Below are positions 1 through 13,100 of a stretch of DNA of 64,000 nucleotides, piece by piece; within the stretch, counting starts at the first letter, position 1, and each line of letters starts with the position of its first letter. Position numbers and translations under genes: made by a program. Under the pieces are notes generated by a model. That model had not been told where the DNA came from. It ran no database searches and saw only the letters and a list, made by a program, of their open reading frames with translations. Source of the DNA: Rhynchopus sp. YZ270_cl-10 (lineage: Eukaryota); contig OZ037833.1 of the NCBI GenBank assembly GCA_964035575.1, positions 1,364,001 through 1,428,000 on the forward strand. The letters are read 5' to 3'.

Positions 1-430
1 AATCCATTTTTCCCCCATTTTTTCCCATAATTAGCGCGACCACTGAATGGACAGTCTGAAGACGGTTCGTGGAAAATTCACAGACACAGAGCCAAATGTA
101 TGCCAAGAGAAAGCCCTCGGGACGGTTAGTTTGTTTCTTTTTTTAGGTGATTAAGCCCGCAGGCTTAGGCTCATCTCAACCTTTTTTTCTTTTCTTTTTT
201 GTGCATGACGCGCATTCCTCTTCCAAGTTTTAGTTTTAGCCACCAGCACTTTTTGAAGCCCCGTGCCCCCCTTTTGTACGTATCAATTTTATTAGTTTCC
301 CCCTCCTATTCTTTTTTTTTTCCCCCAGTGCCTTCGTCCGCCGATGAACGGTGAGGTGTTTGTACTCAGGCATATTGCTAACTTTGCCGAAAGTGGAAAA
401 AAGCAAAACGGCGACACTTTTTTTTTCCCA

Positions 431-1718
431 GGGGAAGCCTCTTTTTTACTTTCAACGGATGTCATCCGTCCGATTTTGAGAAACCCCCCCCCTCCCCCCC
501 GGAGAAGATTGTAAATTTGGCAACCTGAAGTTTTCGGCTTTTGGACAGACGTAAAAAAATTCGAAAACCAGCGGAAGTGGATTTCCGAGCTCCCCGCTTT
601 TCACCACAAAAAAAATCGACCACTTTAGTGGAGTAGAAGCTAATTTAAAGTGGCTCCAGTACACAGTACACAGTACACAGTACACAGTACACAGTACACA
701 GTACACAGTACACAGTACACAGTACACAGTACACAGTACACAGTACACAGTACACAGTACACAGTACACAGTACACAGTACACAGTACACAGTACACAGT
801 ACACAGTACACAGTACACAGTACACAGTACACAGTACACAGTACACAGTACACAGTACACAGTACACAGTACACAGTACACAGTACACAGTACACAGTAC
901 ACAGTACACAGTACACAGTACACAGTACACAGTACACAGTACACAGTACACAGTACACAGTACACAGTACACAGTACACAGTACACAGTACACAGTACAC
1001 AGTACACAGTACACAGTACACAGTACACAGTACACAGTACACAGTACACAGTACACAGTACACAGTACACAGTACACAGTACACAGTACACAGTACACAG
1101 TACACAGTACACAGTACACAGTACACAGTACACAGTACACAGTACACAGTACACAGTACACAGTACAGTGAAGTCAATTTAAAGGCTCCATGGGTCTTTA
1201 TACAGTAACGTATAGGGATTTCAGTGCATAAAGGGGGGTCGGCTCCACCAAAAGTTGCGTACCGTGGAGTGTGTTCCTGAATAAAAAAAATGGTCGGAAT
1301 TGAAAGATCGTAAAAAATAAATCCAAAGGAAAAAAATCGAAAACCTTCTTCAAAAGAAATCCAACTTAGAGACGCCACTGTGCTGCGACCCAAAGAGGAG
1401 GTTTTCTTAAGGAATTCCTTAAGAAACCTGCGTAGAAACGTTCCCAAAGGGGGTACCACAGCCAAAAATCACCTAACCATCCACAGAGGCATAAAAAAAA
1501 TCGTGCGACCCCGGAATTGAACGTTTTCGTAACCGATCTTTCCAAATAAATAAAATTCGAAAAAAAAAATTTGAAGAAAATTCATAAAATCCATGTGACC
1601 ACGGTTTTGTACTAGACCCCCCCGTTGCCAAATTACCAAACTTGTCCGCTCACCCCCCCGGAGACCCCCCCCTCCCCCCCCGGATGACATCCGTTGAAAG
1701 TAAAAAAGAGGCTTCCCC
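431..1718. mobile_element. Putative non-autonomous element bounded by perfect 38-bp inverted repeats, enclosing a (CAGTACA)n array
   Basis: 431-468 GGGGAAGCCTC...GTCATCCG is the reverse complement of 1681-1718; no coding capacity. Confidence 0.45.
657..1168. repeat. (CAGTACA)n 7-bp tandem array, ~73 units
   Basis: Directly visible; explains the VLCTVYC/HSTQYTV ORFs. Confidence 0.99.
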
Positions 1719-3912
1719 AGGCCAAAAAAAAAATTTCCCCCCCGTTGAAAGCGGTCGTCGCGCGCTTCGCGCGCGCCTCCCTGCCAACCAGAGGGTATTA
1801 AAAAGCCCCCCTAGCCTCCACCAAAAAGATGGTTTTGTGTGAGGCAGTCATTTTTTTCTGTGCGGAAAACTCAGCGAAAAATATTCTCGGCATTTTGTGA
1901 TGCACGGCCAACCTACACCACCCCAACCCTTCTCTGCGGGAAAGCTTCCCTCCTCTGTGCCTTGGTAGCTTTCAGCCACTGGTGATCCGCAATCCGTAGT
2001 GGGTGTCCGCCTTCTTATCAGTAACCTTACTAAATTTATAAAAGAAATGGTGGCTATGGACTAACCAAAGGTTAGTCAGGTAACCAAAGGTTCATGGCGA
2101 AGCCACGGTACGCAACATTTCAAAAATCGCGCTTAAAATCCTAAAAAACCTTAGTTTTTTAGTCTTTACTATAGAGATGTGCGCCACCCACACACCCACA
2201 CACACTACCCACCCACACACCCCCTCACCACCAGGGGGGATTTGACCAAAAAATCGATTTTTTTAAATAAATAGTTGCTCATCAGAAAGTGAATTTTTTG
2301 GGCTTAACGTGTTGTTTGGGAGTATTGAGGCCCAAAAAAAAATATTTTTTCAGTCGTGTTCAGAATTTGGACTGCCAAATGACATGTGGCATTCGGCCAA
2401 AAATCAGCTTTTTTGGTCATTTTTACCTTGTAAAACACGACACTTGTGGCATGCTTCCCAGCACACAAAAGTGCATTAAAAAACCTGAAAAAACACATGT
2501 AATATGTGATGGTCAAAAGTGCAAGATTCCTTCGTTAATGAACTTTTTGAGTACAAGTTATACCTGGGGAATATGGTCAGATCACTCTTTTGACCATCTG
2601 GCGTTTACCACAAAAACACCACTTTTTAACACACTTTTCACCTGAAAAGCCAGTTCATGAAGGCACGAGTGAGGTTTTTTTGTGATGCGTTACCGTGAGC
2701 GGGCGCGCGAAGCGCGCACGCGAACGCCCCGCGGGAAGCGAATAGCTGACCGCCTGCCCAGTGCGTGAGGTGCTTACAAAAAAAACCACCTGTAAAAAAA
2801 GTGAGGTCCTCATCACGTTTAAATGGAAGTGTCACACAAGAACGACAGGTTTTTTAGCCCGTCACCAAATTGCACTATTTTACAGCCAAACTATGTCATG
2901 GGAAGGGTGTGCAAGCTTGCGCCGCAGGCGCACGGTACACTACTTTTATGATTTTGCCAGATCCTTTTTCTCTAAAAATGACGGCAGGAAACGGCGTTTT
3001 GTCGCGTTGAAAACGCCGTTTTCTCGGGGGGAACGGCGCTTCGCCAATTTTGAAAACGGCGTTTTTTTTAAAAGGCAAAACGGCGAAACGGCACTTAGCA
3101 ATATGCCTGTTTGTACTTGCAACTTTTTTTTTCTTTTTGAAAGATGCGTGCGCCCGTCAGGCCCGTTCATCTATTAGCGTTGTTTTGCCGTTGCTGTGTG
3201 CCGGGTTTGCCTGTATACAATCGGTTTCAGCCAGACCTACAAATGGGTCTGTGTTTATGTTTTACCTCCCCCCTTTTTTCCGTTCAGGTTCGTTGTGTCG
3301 GGGCGCGGAGTGTGCTTTGTGTGAACTGTTGTTTGCGAACAATTTCACCAGGGGGGAGACCCCAGGTGAGGTGAGGTGTTGTGTTTTTGTGTTTCTTGCG
3401 GGATCCCCTTTTTTTTGACGATCTGTCCTTGAGCTGATTGCGTGGCTGTCGTATCGACAGTCTCGACTGTTTCTCAAGTACTACAACCGTGTTAGCATCG
3501 CACTGGGCGTCTAACCTAATAGCTGTACCTTAGCCCCGACCCTTCCTCCCGCGTGTAGGTCCCAGCCAGCCATTGAAACCGTTAATCAAACTGATTTTCC
3601 TAGGTTGCTACGTGCCTCTGTGTTGGGTCACAAAAAAACAAGATACTCTGGTACTGTTATGAAAGTATTTGCTGTGTTATTTTTGAGTAAATTTACTCAA
3701 AGGTGTGTCTCACTGCGCGTGTTTCCACTTCCCCGCTATTGCATATTCGCACATTAAAACTACGACGGAGTGCTGGGCATCCAAAAGGATCGTTACCCCC
3801 CCAACCCTTGCTTAGGGCAAACAAACTTTTTTTATGCGTTCGCGTCCTGCCTGCCTAGGTTTTTTTGAGATTTTTGGGGAAAAAACTTTTTTTGAAAAAA
3901 AGTTTTTTTCAA

Positions 3913-6394
3913 GGGGAATAGTCAGATTTACCCTACCCTATTTTGAAAAAGTTCAGACTTGCCCGAAAATAAGTTCAGACTTGCCCTAAAAGTGTTTTTA
4001 GGGCAAGTCTGAACTTTTTTGGGGCAAGTCTGAACTTATTTTTAGGGCAACCCTGAACTTATTTTTAGGGCAAGTTGGGGGCTCTTGGGTCGCAGAGCCC
4101 GGCGGTCGTCGTTTTTGCGTTTCTGTTTAGGTCACCTAAATTATTTTTGGGTACTGGGTACTGGGTACTGGGTACTGGGTACTGGGTACTGGGTACTGGG
4201 TACTGGGTACTGGGTACTGGGTACTGGGTACTGGGTACTGGGTACTGGGTACTGGGTACTGGGTACTGGGTACTGGGTACTGGGTACTGGGTACTGGGTA
4301 CTGGGTACTGGGTACTGGGTACTGGGTACTGGGTACTGGGTACTGGGTACTGGGTACTGGGTACTGGGTACTGGGTGCTGGGTACTGGGTACTGGGTACT
4401 GGGTACTGGGTACTGGGTACCCAGAACGAAGGCACCTTGACAGCAGCGAAGGCAAGACAAGGTATGTACCGTGGGGGTAAATACGTAACTTTCTGGTGAA
4501 TATTCAACAAAATAATTGCGCTTTCTTCGCCCCAAGGTGTGGCAGAGCCTACTGACTCTGGGCTGACGACAAAAGGGGACATGCCCCCCCCCGTTTTTTG
4601 TAGTAGAACATTTCACAACGACGTTTCAAAGTATATTATGTATTGCATAATATTATGCTGCTTGGCCCTGAAAGCTGTCGACTCGTATTTCCTCCAAAAA
4701 GTCTCCAGAACAATATATTAAACCCTCAAGCCAACTTATTTTTTTAAGAAGTCACCTTCTTTAATTTCCCCACCACTCACAACTTCACTTTTAAACAGGT
4801 ATCGCGAGTGCAGCATCGAGAACCAACTGTGCAGAACGAGCGCATATGCGGTGGAAAGGGTGGTGGGAACACTCTGTCAGTCACTGCTATAGCCATTTAA
4901 CCCAGGGAGCATAGCTAGTGCAAGAAATTCGACTTTGGAAACCTTCCGGAAAGTCTGTCCTCTGCTTACGGAGGACGAGGCACAAGAAAATATTGCGTTC
5001 CCCCAGAAAACCAGTGCACAATTCACACTCCTTGTGGGTGGTCTTGTTGCCTTTTTGTCACAGTAATTTTGGCCCAGGCATGCTCTTGAAGCATGACAAT
5101 TTAGTGTGTATGGGGCAGGGTGTTGTTTTGTTCTGAATTCTCTTTGTTATAACATCTAAGTCAATCGCGGGTGGTGGTTTGTGTAGCGTGAGGCACTCTT
5201 TTTAGCAAACTTCCTGCGGCTGCTAAAGTGTTATTTCTTCGGATTTAACAACGTACAGCGTAACATAGTGGTTTAGCCTGGTCGACACAACCTTTGATAG
5301 ATACGGGATAACCAACCCCCTTCGACCCCTTGTGGGTTCACTGAACAAGCCCTAGTGGTAGTTAAACGCGATTGACATTTACATTCCTAGAGATGAAAGA
5401 ACAAGATAACACTTCTGTACCCGCGCATCAAAATTGTGGAAAACTTTGCACCCCAAACACCCTCAACAACGCCCGCCCCTTGTTGCTGGGAGTTGGTTCT
5501 CATGTTTGATACCTGCACAGCGGGCATTCCTCTGAGTCCAACGCATGTTTGGCCTGTCTGCGGCGTTGTACTTCAGGTGCACGAAGACAGGGTCTGGTGG
5601 TAAATTTTGCGTAGTGTCGCATTCCCTCATGTGTGGGTCACTCACACTTGGCGGTCATGTGCCACTGCGTGGGTCTGGGAATTTGGGTACCTGGGTACAG
5701 GAAATTTGTTGTGGAAGACATCAACCACCATGCATTGAGGAGGGTAAGACAGTGTTCGCAGTTTCTACCTGATAGCATTACAACATTTAACTTCTCCACG
5801 GGGGTCTTGGGCCGTTCACTCGGTTCTACCTTGACTACCGGAAGATATTCTTGAGGCCTTTTTGGTCTCTAGAATATCCGGTCTTCCCGAACGGAGGCAC
5901 ACTTTGTGTGTTACTACGACCTGGCAATTTCCAGCAGTAGGTTAAGTAATCTTTCTTGTAAATTGTTGGATCATTATCTCCTCAGTGCATGAATGCCCCA
6001 CGTGACTGGACACTTTTGTGTTTGTCATGTGGAGCTGTGGTTGCTCTTTCACGACTTTTTTCCTGTTCCTGGGTACCTGTTCCTGGACCTGGACCTGGGT
6101 ATCTGGGTACCTGGGTACCTGGGTACCCAGCCAAAGTGGCCTGACTTGTTGCCCTAAAATAAGTTCAAACTTACCCTAAAAATAAGTTCAGACTTGCCCT
6201 AAAATAAGTTCAGACTTGCCCCAAAAAAGTTCAGACTTGCCCTAAAAAAAGTGTTTGCCCTAAAAATAAGTTCAGACTTGCCCTAAAAACACTTTTAGGG
6301 CAAGTCTGAACTTATTTTCGGGCAAGTCTGAACTTTTTCATAGGGCAAGTCTGAACTTTTTCAAAATAGGGTAGGGTAAGTCTGACTATCTCCC
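3913..6394. mobile_element. Foldback/MITE-like element with long modular inverted termini made of ~21-bp AAAATAAGTTCAGACTTGCCCT subrepeats
   Basis: GGGAATAGTCAGATTTACCCTACCCTATTTTGAAAAAGTTCAGAC at ~3914 is mirrored at ~6350-6394; subrepeat clusters at 3945-4075 and 6148-6360. Confidence 0.55.
4149..4420. repeat. (GGGTACT)n 7-bp tandem array, ~39 units
   Basis: Directly visible; one GGGTGCT variant. Confidence 0.99.
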
Positions 6395-7151
6395 TTTTTT
6401 CAATTTTTTTGTGTTGGGGCTGTGTCAGGGTGTTTCCTAATTTAATTTGCTTCCGCTTCCCTAATTTAATTTGCTTCCGCTTCCGGGATTTGGAAAAAAA
6501 TTGCCAGGGAAAAAGTTTGCGGAAAAATTAGGGACGTGTTTAAAGTGCTTATTTTTTGGTATTTTCCCGAAAAAGTATGTTGGGTACCGTGCGCCTGCGG
6601 CGCTGCCTGTTCCTACCAGTTTCTACAGGCAAACACTTGGCCCCCTTTACCTTACGCTGACGGGTTTTGACCACAAGCAAGAACTTGTCCATTTTGGCAA
6701 ATTGACCCCACCACTGGCCGGACGGATTCCGAAAATGCAAATGCCGGTGTTTAAAAGCTTCACCAGCACCACTCTACTGGAAATATGAGAAAATAGTCAA
6801 AACCAGTGTCAACAGGAAAAAAAAACGAGAAAAAACCGACTCCGGAGGGTCAACTCCCGGGTTCAGCAATCACATTTGAAAAAAACTTTTTTTTGAAACA
6901 AACTTTTTTTTGCCTGCCTGCCTAGGTTTTTCTGGGTACCCTTAGGACGCGAACGCAAACGAAAAATTTGTTTGCCCTTATCAGTTTTTCTATCTTCCTG
7001 CCCAAGATTCCTTTTTCCTTTAGGTGTAGCTGTCTCTGATCCCCGTCTCCTGATTATTATTTGGGAGATTGAAAAAGAAAAAGAAAAAAAGAATAAACAC
7101 TGAGTACCCCCATTGACCTATCATAGAAGAAAATTTGGTTGCTCTGTGCTG

Positions 7152-10100
7152 AGCTCCTTAGCTCCTTAGCTCCTTAGCTCCTTAGCTCCTTAGCTCCTTA
7201 GCTCCTTAGCTCCTTAGCTCCTTAGCTCCTTAGCTCCTTAGCTCCTTAGCTCCTTAGCTCCTTAGCTCCTTAGCTCCTTAGCTCCTTAGCTCCTTAGCTC
7301 CTTAGCTCCTTAGCTCCTTAGCTCCTTAGCTCCTTAGCTCCTTAGCTCCTTAGCTCCTTAGCTCCTTAGCTCCTTAGCTCCTTAGCTCCTTAGCTCCTTA
7401 GCTCCTTAGCTCCTTAGCTCCTTAGCTCCTTAGCTCCTTAGCTCCTTAGCTCCTTAGCTCCTTAGCTCCTTAGCTCCTTAGCTCCTTAGCTCCTTAGCTC
7501 CTTAGCTCCTTAGCTCCTTAGCTCCTTAGCTCCTTAGCTCCTTAGCTCCTTAGCTCCTTAGCTCCTTAGCTCCTTAGCTCCTTAGCTCCTTAGCTCCTTA
7601 GCTCCTTAGCTCCTTAGCTCCTTAGCTCCTTAGCTCCTTAGCTCCTTAGCTCCTTAGCTCCTTAGCTCCTTAGCTCCTTAGCTCCTTAGCTCCTTAGCTC
7701 CTTAGCTCCTTAGCTCCTTAGCTCCTTAGCTCCTTAGCTCCTTAGCTCCTTAGCTCCTTAGCTCCTTAGCTCCTTAGCTCCTTAGCTCCTTAGCTCCTTA
7801 GCTCCTTAGCTCCTTAGCTCCTTAGCTCCTTAGCTCCTTAGCTCCTTAGCTCCTTAGCTCCTTAGCTCCTTAGCTCCTTAGCTCCTTAGCTCCTTAGCTC
7901 CTTAGCTCCTTAGCTCCTTAGCTCCTTAGCTCCTTAGCTCCTTAGCTCCTTAGCTCCTTAGCTCCTTAGCTCCTTAGCTCCTTAGCTCCTTAGCTCCTTA
8001 GCTCCTTAGCTCCTTAGCTCCTTAGCTCCTTAGCTCCTTAGCTCCTTAGCTCCTTAGCTCCTTAGCTCCTTAGCTCCTTAGCTCCTTAGCTCCTTAGCTC
8101 CTTAGCTCCTTAGCTCCTTAGCTCCTTAGCTCCTTAGCTCCTTAGCTCCTTAGCTCCTTAGCTCCTTAGCTCCTTAGCTCCTTAGCTCCTTAGCTCCTTA
8201 GCTCCTTAGCTCCTTAGCTCCTTAGCTCCTTAGCTCCTTAGCTCCTTAGCTCCTTAGCTCCTTAGCTCCTTAGCTCCTTAGCTCCTTAGCTCCTTAGCTC
8301 CTTAGCTCCTTAGCTCCTTAGCTCCTTAGCTCCTTAGCTCCTTAGCTCCTTAGCTCCTTAGCTCCTTAGCTCCTTAGCTCCTTAGCTCCTTAGCTCCTTA
8401 GCTCCTTAGCTCCTTAGCTCCTTAGCTCCTTAGCTCCTTAGCTCCTTAGCTCCTTAGCTCCTTAGCTCCTTAGCTCCTTAGCTCCTTAGCTCCTTAGCTC
8501 CTTAGCTCCTTAGCTCCTTAGCTCCTTAGCTCCTTAGCTCCTTAGCTCCTTAGCTCCTTAGCTCCTTAGCTCCTTAGCTCCTTAGCTCCTTAGCTCCTTA
8601 GCTCCTTAGCTCCTTAGCTCCTTAGCTCCTTAGCTCCTTAGCTCCTTAGCTCCTTAGCTCCTTAGCTCCTTAGCTCCTTAGCTCCTTAGCTCCTTAGCTC
8701 CTTAGCTCCTTAGCTCCTTAGCTCCTTAGCTCCTTAGCTCCTTAGCTCCTTAGCTCCTTAGCTCCTTAGCTCCTTAGCTCCTTAGCTCCTTAGCTCCTTA
8801 GCTCCTTAGCTCCTTAGCTCCTTAGCTCCTTAGCTCCTTAGCTCCTTAGCTCCTTAGCTCCTTAGCTCCTTAGCTCCTTAGCTCCTTAGCTCCTTAGCTC
8901 CTTAGCTCCTTAGCTCCTTAGCTCCTTAGCTCCTTAGCTCCTTAGCTCCTTAGCTCCTTAGCTCCTTAGCTCCTTAGCTCCTTAGCTCCTTAGCTCCTTA
9001 GCTCCTTAGCTCCTTAGCTCCTTAGCTCCTTAGCTCCTTAGCTCCTTAGCTCCTTAGCTCCTTAGCTCCTTAGCTCCTTAGCTCCTTAGCTCCTTAGCTC
9101 CTTAGCTCCTTAGCTCCTTAGCTCCTTAGCTCCTTAGCTCCTTAGCTCCTTAGCTCCTTAGCTCCTTAGCTCCTTAGCTCCTTAGCTCCTTAGCTCCTTA
9201 GCTCCTTAGCTCCTTAGCTCCTTAGCTCCTTAGCTCCTTAGCTCCTTAGCTCCTTAGCTCCTTAGCTCCTTAGCTCCTTAGCTCCTTAGCTCCTTAGCTC
9301 CTTAGCTCCTTAGCTCCTTAGCTCCTTAGCTCCTTAGCTCCTTAGCTCCTTAGCTCCTTAGCTCCTTAGCTCCTTAGCTCCTTAGCTCCTTAGCTCCTTA
9401 GCTCCTTAGCTCCTTAGCTCCTTAGCTCCTTAGCTCCTTAGCTCCTTAGCTCCTTAGCTCCTTAGCTCCTTAGCTCCTTAGCTCCTTAGCTCCTTAGCTC
9501 CTTAGCTCCTTAGCTCCTTAGCTCCTTAGCTCCTTAGCTCCTTAGCTCCTTAGCTCCTTAGCTCCTTAGCTCCTTAGCTCCTTAGCTCCTTAGCTCCTTA
9601 GCTCCTTAGCTCCTTAGCTCCTTAGCTCCTTAGCTCCTTAGCTCCTTAGCTCCTTAGCTCCTTAGCTCCTTAGCTCCTTAGCTCCTTAGCTCCTTAGCTC
9701 CTTAGCTCCTTAGCTCCTTAGCTCCTTAGCTCCTTAGCTCCTTAGCTCCTTAGCTCCTTAGCTCCTTAGCTCCTTAGCTCCTTAGCTCCTTAGCTCCTTA
9801 GCTCCTTAGCTCCTTAGCTCCTTAGCTCCTTAGCTCCTTAGCTCCTTAGCTCCTTAGCTCCTTAGCTCCTTAGCTCCTTAGCTCCTTAGCTCCTTAGCTC
9901 CTTAGCTCCTTAGCTCCTTAGCTCCTTAGCTCCTTAGCTCCTTAGCTCCTTAGCTCCTTAGCTCCTTAGCTCCTTAGCTCCTTAGCTCCTTAGCTCCTTA
10001 GCTCCTTAGCTCCTTAGCTCCTTAGCTCCTTAGCTCCTTAGCTCCTTAGCTCCTTAGCTCCTTAGCTCCTTAGCTCCTTAGCTCCTTAGCTCCTTAGCTC

Positions 10101-13100
10101 CTTAGCTCCTTAGCTCCTTAGCTCCTTAGCTCCTTAGCTCCTTAGCTCCTTAGCTCCTTAGCTCCTTAGCTCCTTAGCTCCTTAGCTCCTTAGCTCCTTA
10201 GCTCCTTAGCTCCTTAGCTCCTTAGCTCCTTAGCTCCTTAGCTCCTTAGCTCCTTAGCTCCTTAGCTCCTTAGCTCCTTAGCTCCTTAGCTCCTTAGCTC
10301 CTTAGCTCCTTAGCTCCTTAGCTCCTTAGCTCCTTAGCTCCTTAGCTCCTTAGCTCCTTAGCTCCTTAGCTCCTTAGCTCCTTAGCTCCTTAGCTCCTTA
10401 GCTCCTTAGCTCCTTAGCTCCTTAGCTCCTTAGCTCCTTAGCTCCTTAGCTCCTTAGCTCCTTAGCTCCTTAGCTCCTTAGCTCCTTAGCTCCTTAGCTC
10501 CTTAGCTCCTTAGCTCCTTAGCTCCTTAGCTCCTTAGCTCCTTAGCTCCTTAGCTCCTTAGCTCCTTAGCTCCTTAGCTCCTTAGCTCCTTAGCTCCTTA
10601 GCTCCTTAGCTCCTTAGCTCCTTAGCTCCTTAGCTCCTTAGCTCCTTAGCTCCTTAGCTCCTTAGCTCCTTAGCTCCTTAGCTCCTTAGCTCCTTAGCTC
10701 CTTAGCTCCTTAGCTCCTTAGCTCCTTAGCTCCTTAGCTCCTTAGCTCCTTAGCTCCTTAGCTCCTTAGCTCCTTAGCTCCTTAGCTCCTTAGCTCCTTA
10801 GCTCCTTAGCTCCTTAGCTCCTTAGCTCCTTAGCTCCTTAGCTCCTTAGCTCCTTAGCTCCTTAGCTCCTTAGCTCCTTAGCTCCTTAGCTCCTTAGCTC
10901 CTTAGCTCCTTAGCTCCTTAGCTCCTTAGCTCCTTAGCTCCTTAGCTCCTTAGCTCCTTAGCTCCTTAGCTCCTTAGCTCCTTAGCTCCTTAGCTCCTTA
11001 GCTCCTTAGCTCCTTAGCTCCTTAGCTCCTTAGCTCCTTAGCTCCTTAGCTCCTTAGCTCCTTAGCTCCTTAGCTCCTTAGCTCCTTAGCTCCTTAGCTC
11101 CTTAGCTCCTTAGCTCCTTAGCTCCTTAGCTCCTTAGCTCCTTAGCTCCTTAGCTCCTTAGCTCCTTAGCTCCTTAGCTCCTTAGCTCCTTAGCTCCTTA
11201 GCTCCTTAGCTCCTTAGCTCCTTAGCTCCTTAGCTCCTTAGCTCCTTAGCTCCTTAGCTCCTTAGCTCCTTAGCTCCTTAGCTCCTTAGCTCCTTAGCTC
11301 CTTAGCTCCTTAGCTCCTTAGCTCCTTAGCTCCTTAGCTCCTTAGCTCCTTAGCTCCTTAGCTCCTTAGCTCCTTAGCTCCTTAGCTCCTTAGCTCCTTA
11401 GCTCCTTAGCTCCTTAGCTCCTTAGCTCCTTAGCTCCTTAGCTCCTTAGCTCCTTAGCTCCTTAGCTCCTTAGCTCCTTAGCTCCTTAGCTCCTTAGCTC
11501 CTTAGCTCCTTAGCTCCTTAGCTCCTTAGCTCCTTAGCTCCTTAGCTCCTTAGCTCCTTAGCTCCTTAGCTCCTTAGCTCCTTAGCTCCTTAGCTCCTTA
11601 GCTCCTTAGCTCCTTAGCTCCTTAGCTCCTTAGCTCCTTAGCTCCTTAGCTCCTTAGCTCCTTAGCTCCTTAGCTCCTTAGCTCCTTAGCTCCTTAGCTC
11701 CTTAGCTCCTTAGCTCCTTAGCTCCTTAGCTCCTTAGCTCCTTAGCTCCTTAGCTCCTTAGCTCCTTAGCTCCTTAGCTCCTTAGCTCCTTAGCTCCTTA
11801 GCTCCTTAGCTCCTTAGCTCCTTAGCTCCTTAGCTCCTTAGCTCCTTAGCTCCTTAGCTCCTTAGCTCCTTAGCTCCTTAGCTCCTTAGCTCCTTAGCTC
11901 CTTAGCTCCTTAGCTCCTTAGCTCCTTAGCTCCTTAGCTCCTTAGCTCCTTAGCTCCTTAGCTCCTTAGCTCCTTAGCTCCTTAGCTCCTTAGCTCCTTA
12001 GCTCCTTAGCTCCTTAGCTCCTTAGCTCCTTAGCTCCTTAGCTCCTTAGCTCCTTAGCTCCTTAGCTCCTTAGCTCCTTAGCTCCTTAGCTCCTTAGCTC
12101 CTTAGCTCCTTAGCTCCTTAGCTCCTTAGCTCCTTAGCTCCTTAGCTCCTTAGCTCCTTAGCTCCTTAGCTCCTTAGCTCCTTAGCTCCTTAGCTCCTTA
12201 GCTCCTTAGCTCCTTAGCTCCTTAGCTCCTTAGCTCCTTAGCTCCTTAGCTCCTTAGCTCCTTAGCTCCTTAGCTCCTTAGCTCCTTAGCTCCTTAGCTC
12301 CTTAGCTCCTTAGCTCCTTAGCTCCTTAGCTCCTTAGCTCCTTAGCTCCTTAGCTCCTTAGCTCCTTAGCTCCTTAGCTCCTTAGCTCCTTAGCTCCTTA
12401 GCTCCTTAGCTCCTTAGCTCCTTAGCTCCTTAGCTCCTTAGCTCCTTAGCTCCTTAGCTCCTTAGCTCCTTAGCTCCTTAGCTCCTTAGCTCCTTAGCTC
12501 CTTAGCTCCTTAGCTCCTTAGCTCCTTAGCTCCTTAGCTCCTTAGCTCCTTAGCTCCTTAGCTCCTTAGCTCCTTAGCTCCTTAGCTCCTTAGCTCCTTA
12601 GCTCCTTAGCTCCTTAGCTCCTTAGCTCCTTAGCTCCTTAGCTCCTTAGCTCCTTAGCTCCTTAGCTCCTTAGCTCCTTAGCTCCTTAGCTCCTTAGCTC
12701 CTTAGCTCCTTAGCTCCTTAGCTCCTTAGCTCCTTAGCTCCTTAGCTCCTTAGCTCCTTAGCTCCTTAGCTCCTTAGCTCCTTAGCTCCTTAGCTCCTTA
12801 GCTCCTTAGCTCCTTAGCTCCTTAGCTCCTTAGCTCCTTAGCTCCTTAGCTCCTTAGCTCCTTAGCTCCTTAGCTCCTTAGCTCCTTAGCTCCTTAGCTC
12901 CTTAGCTCCTTAGCTCCTTAGCTCCTTAGCTCCTTAGCTCCTTAGCTCCTTAGCTCCTTAGCTCCTTAGCTCCTTAGCTCCTTAGCTCCTTAGCTCCTTA
13001 GCTCCTTAGCTCCTTAGCTCCTTAGCTCCTTAGCTCCTTAGCTCCTTAGCTCCTTAGCTCCTTAGCTCCTTAGCTCCTTAGCTCCTTAGCTCCTTAGCTC

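Noticed and set aside
452..4616. Long ORFs with VLCTVYC, HSTQYTV, GTGYWVL and VPSTQYP repeats
   Set aside because: Artefacts of stop-free 7-bp microsatellites open in several frames.
4440..6070. Transposase remnant inside the foldback element
   Set aside because: Only short, interrupted frames with no motif I can identify; needs BLASTX/HMM.
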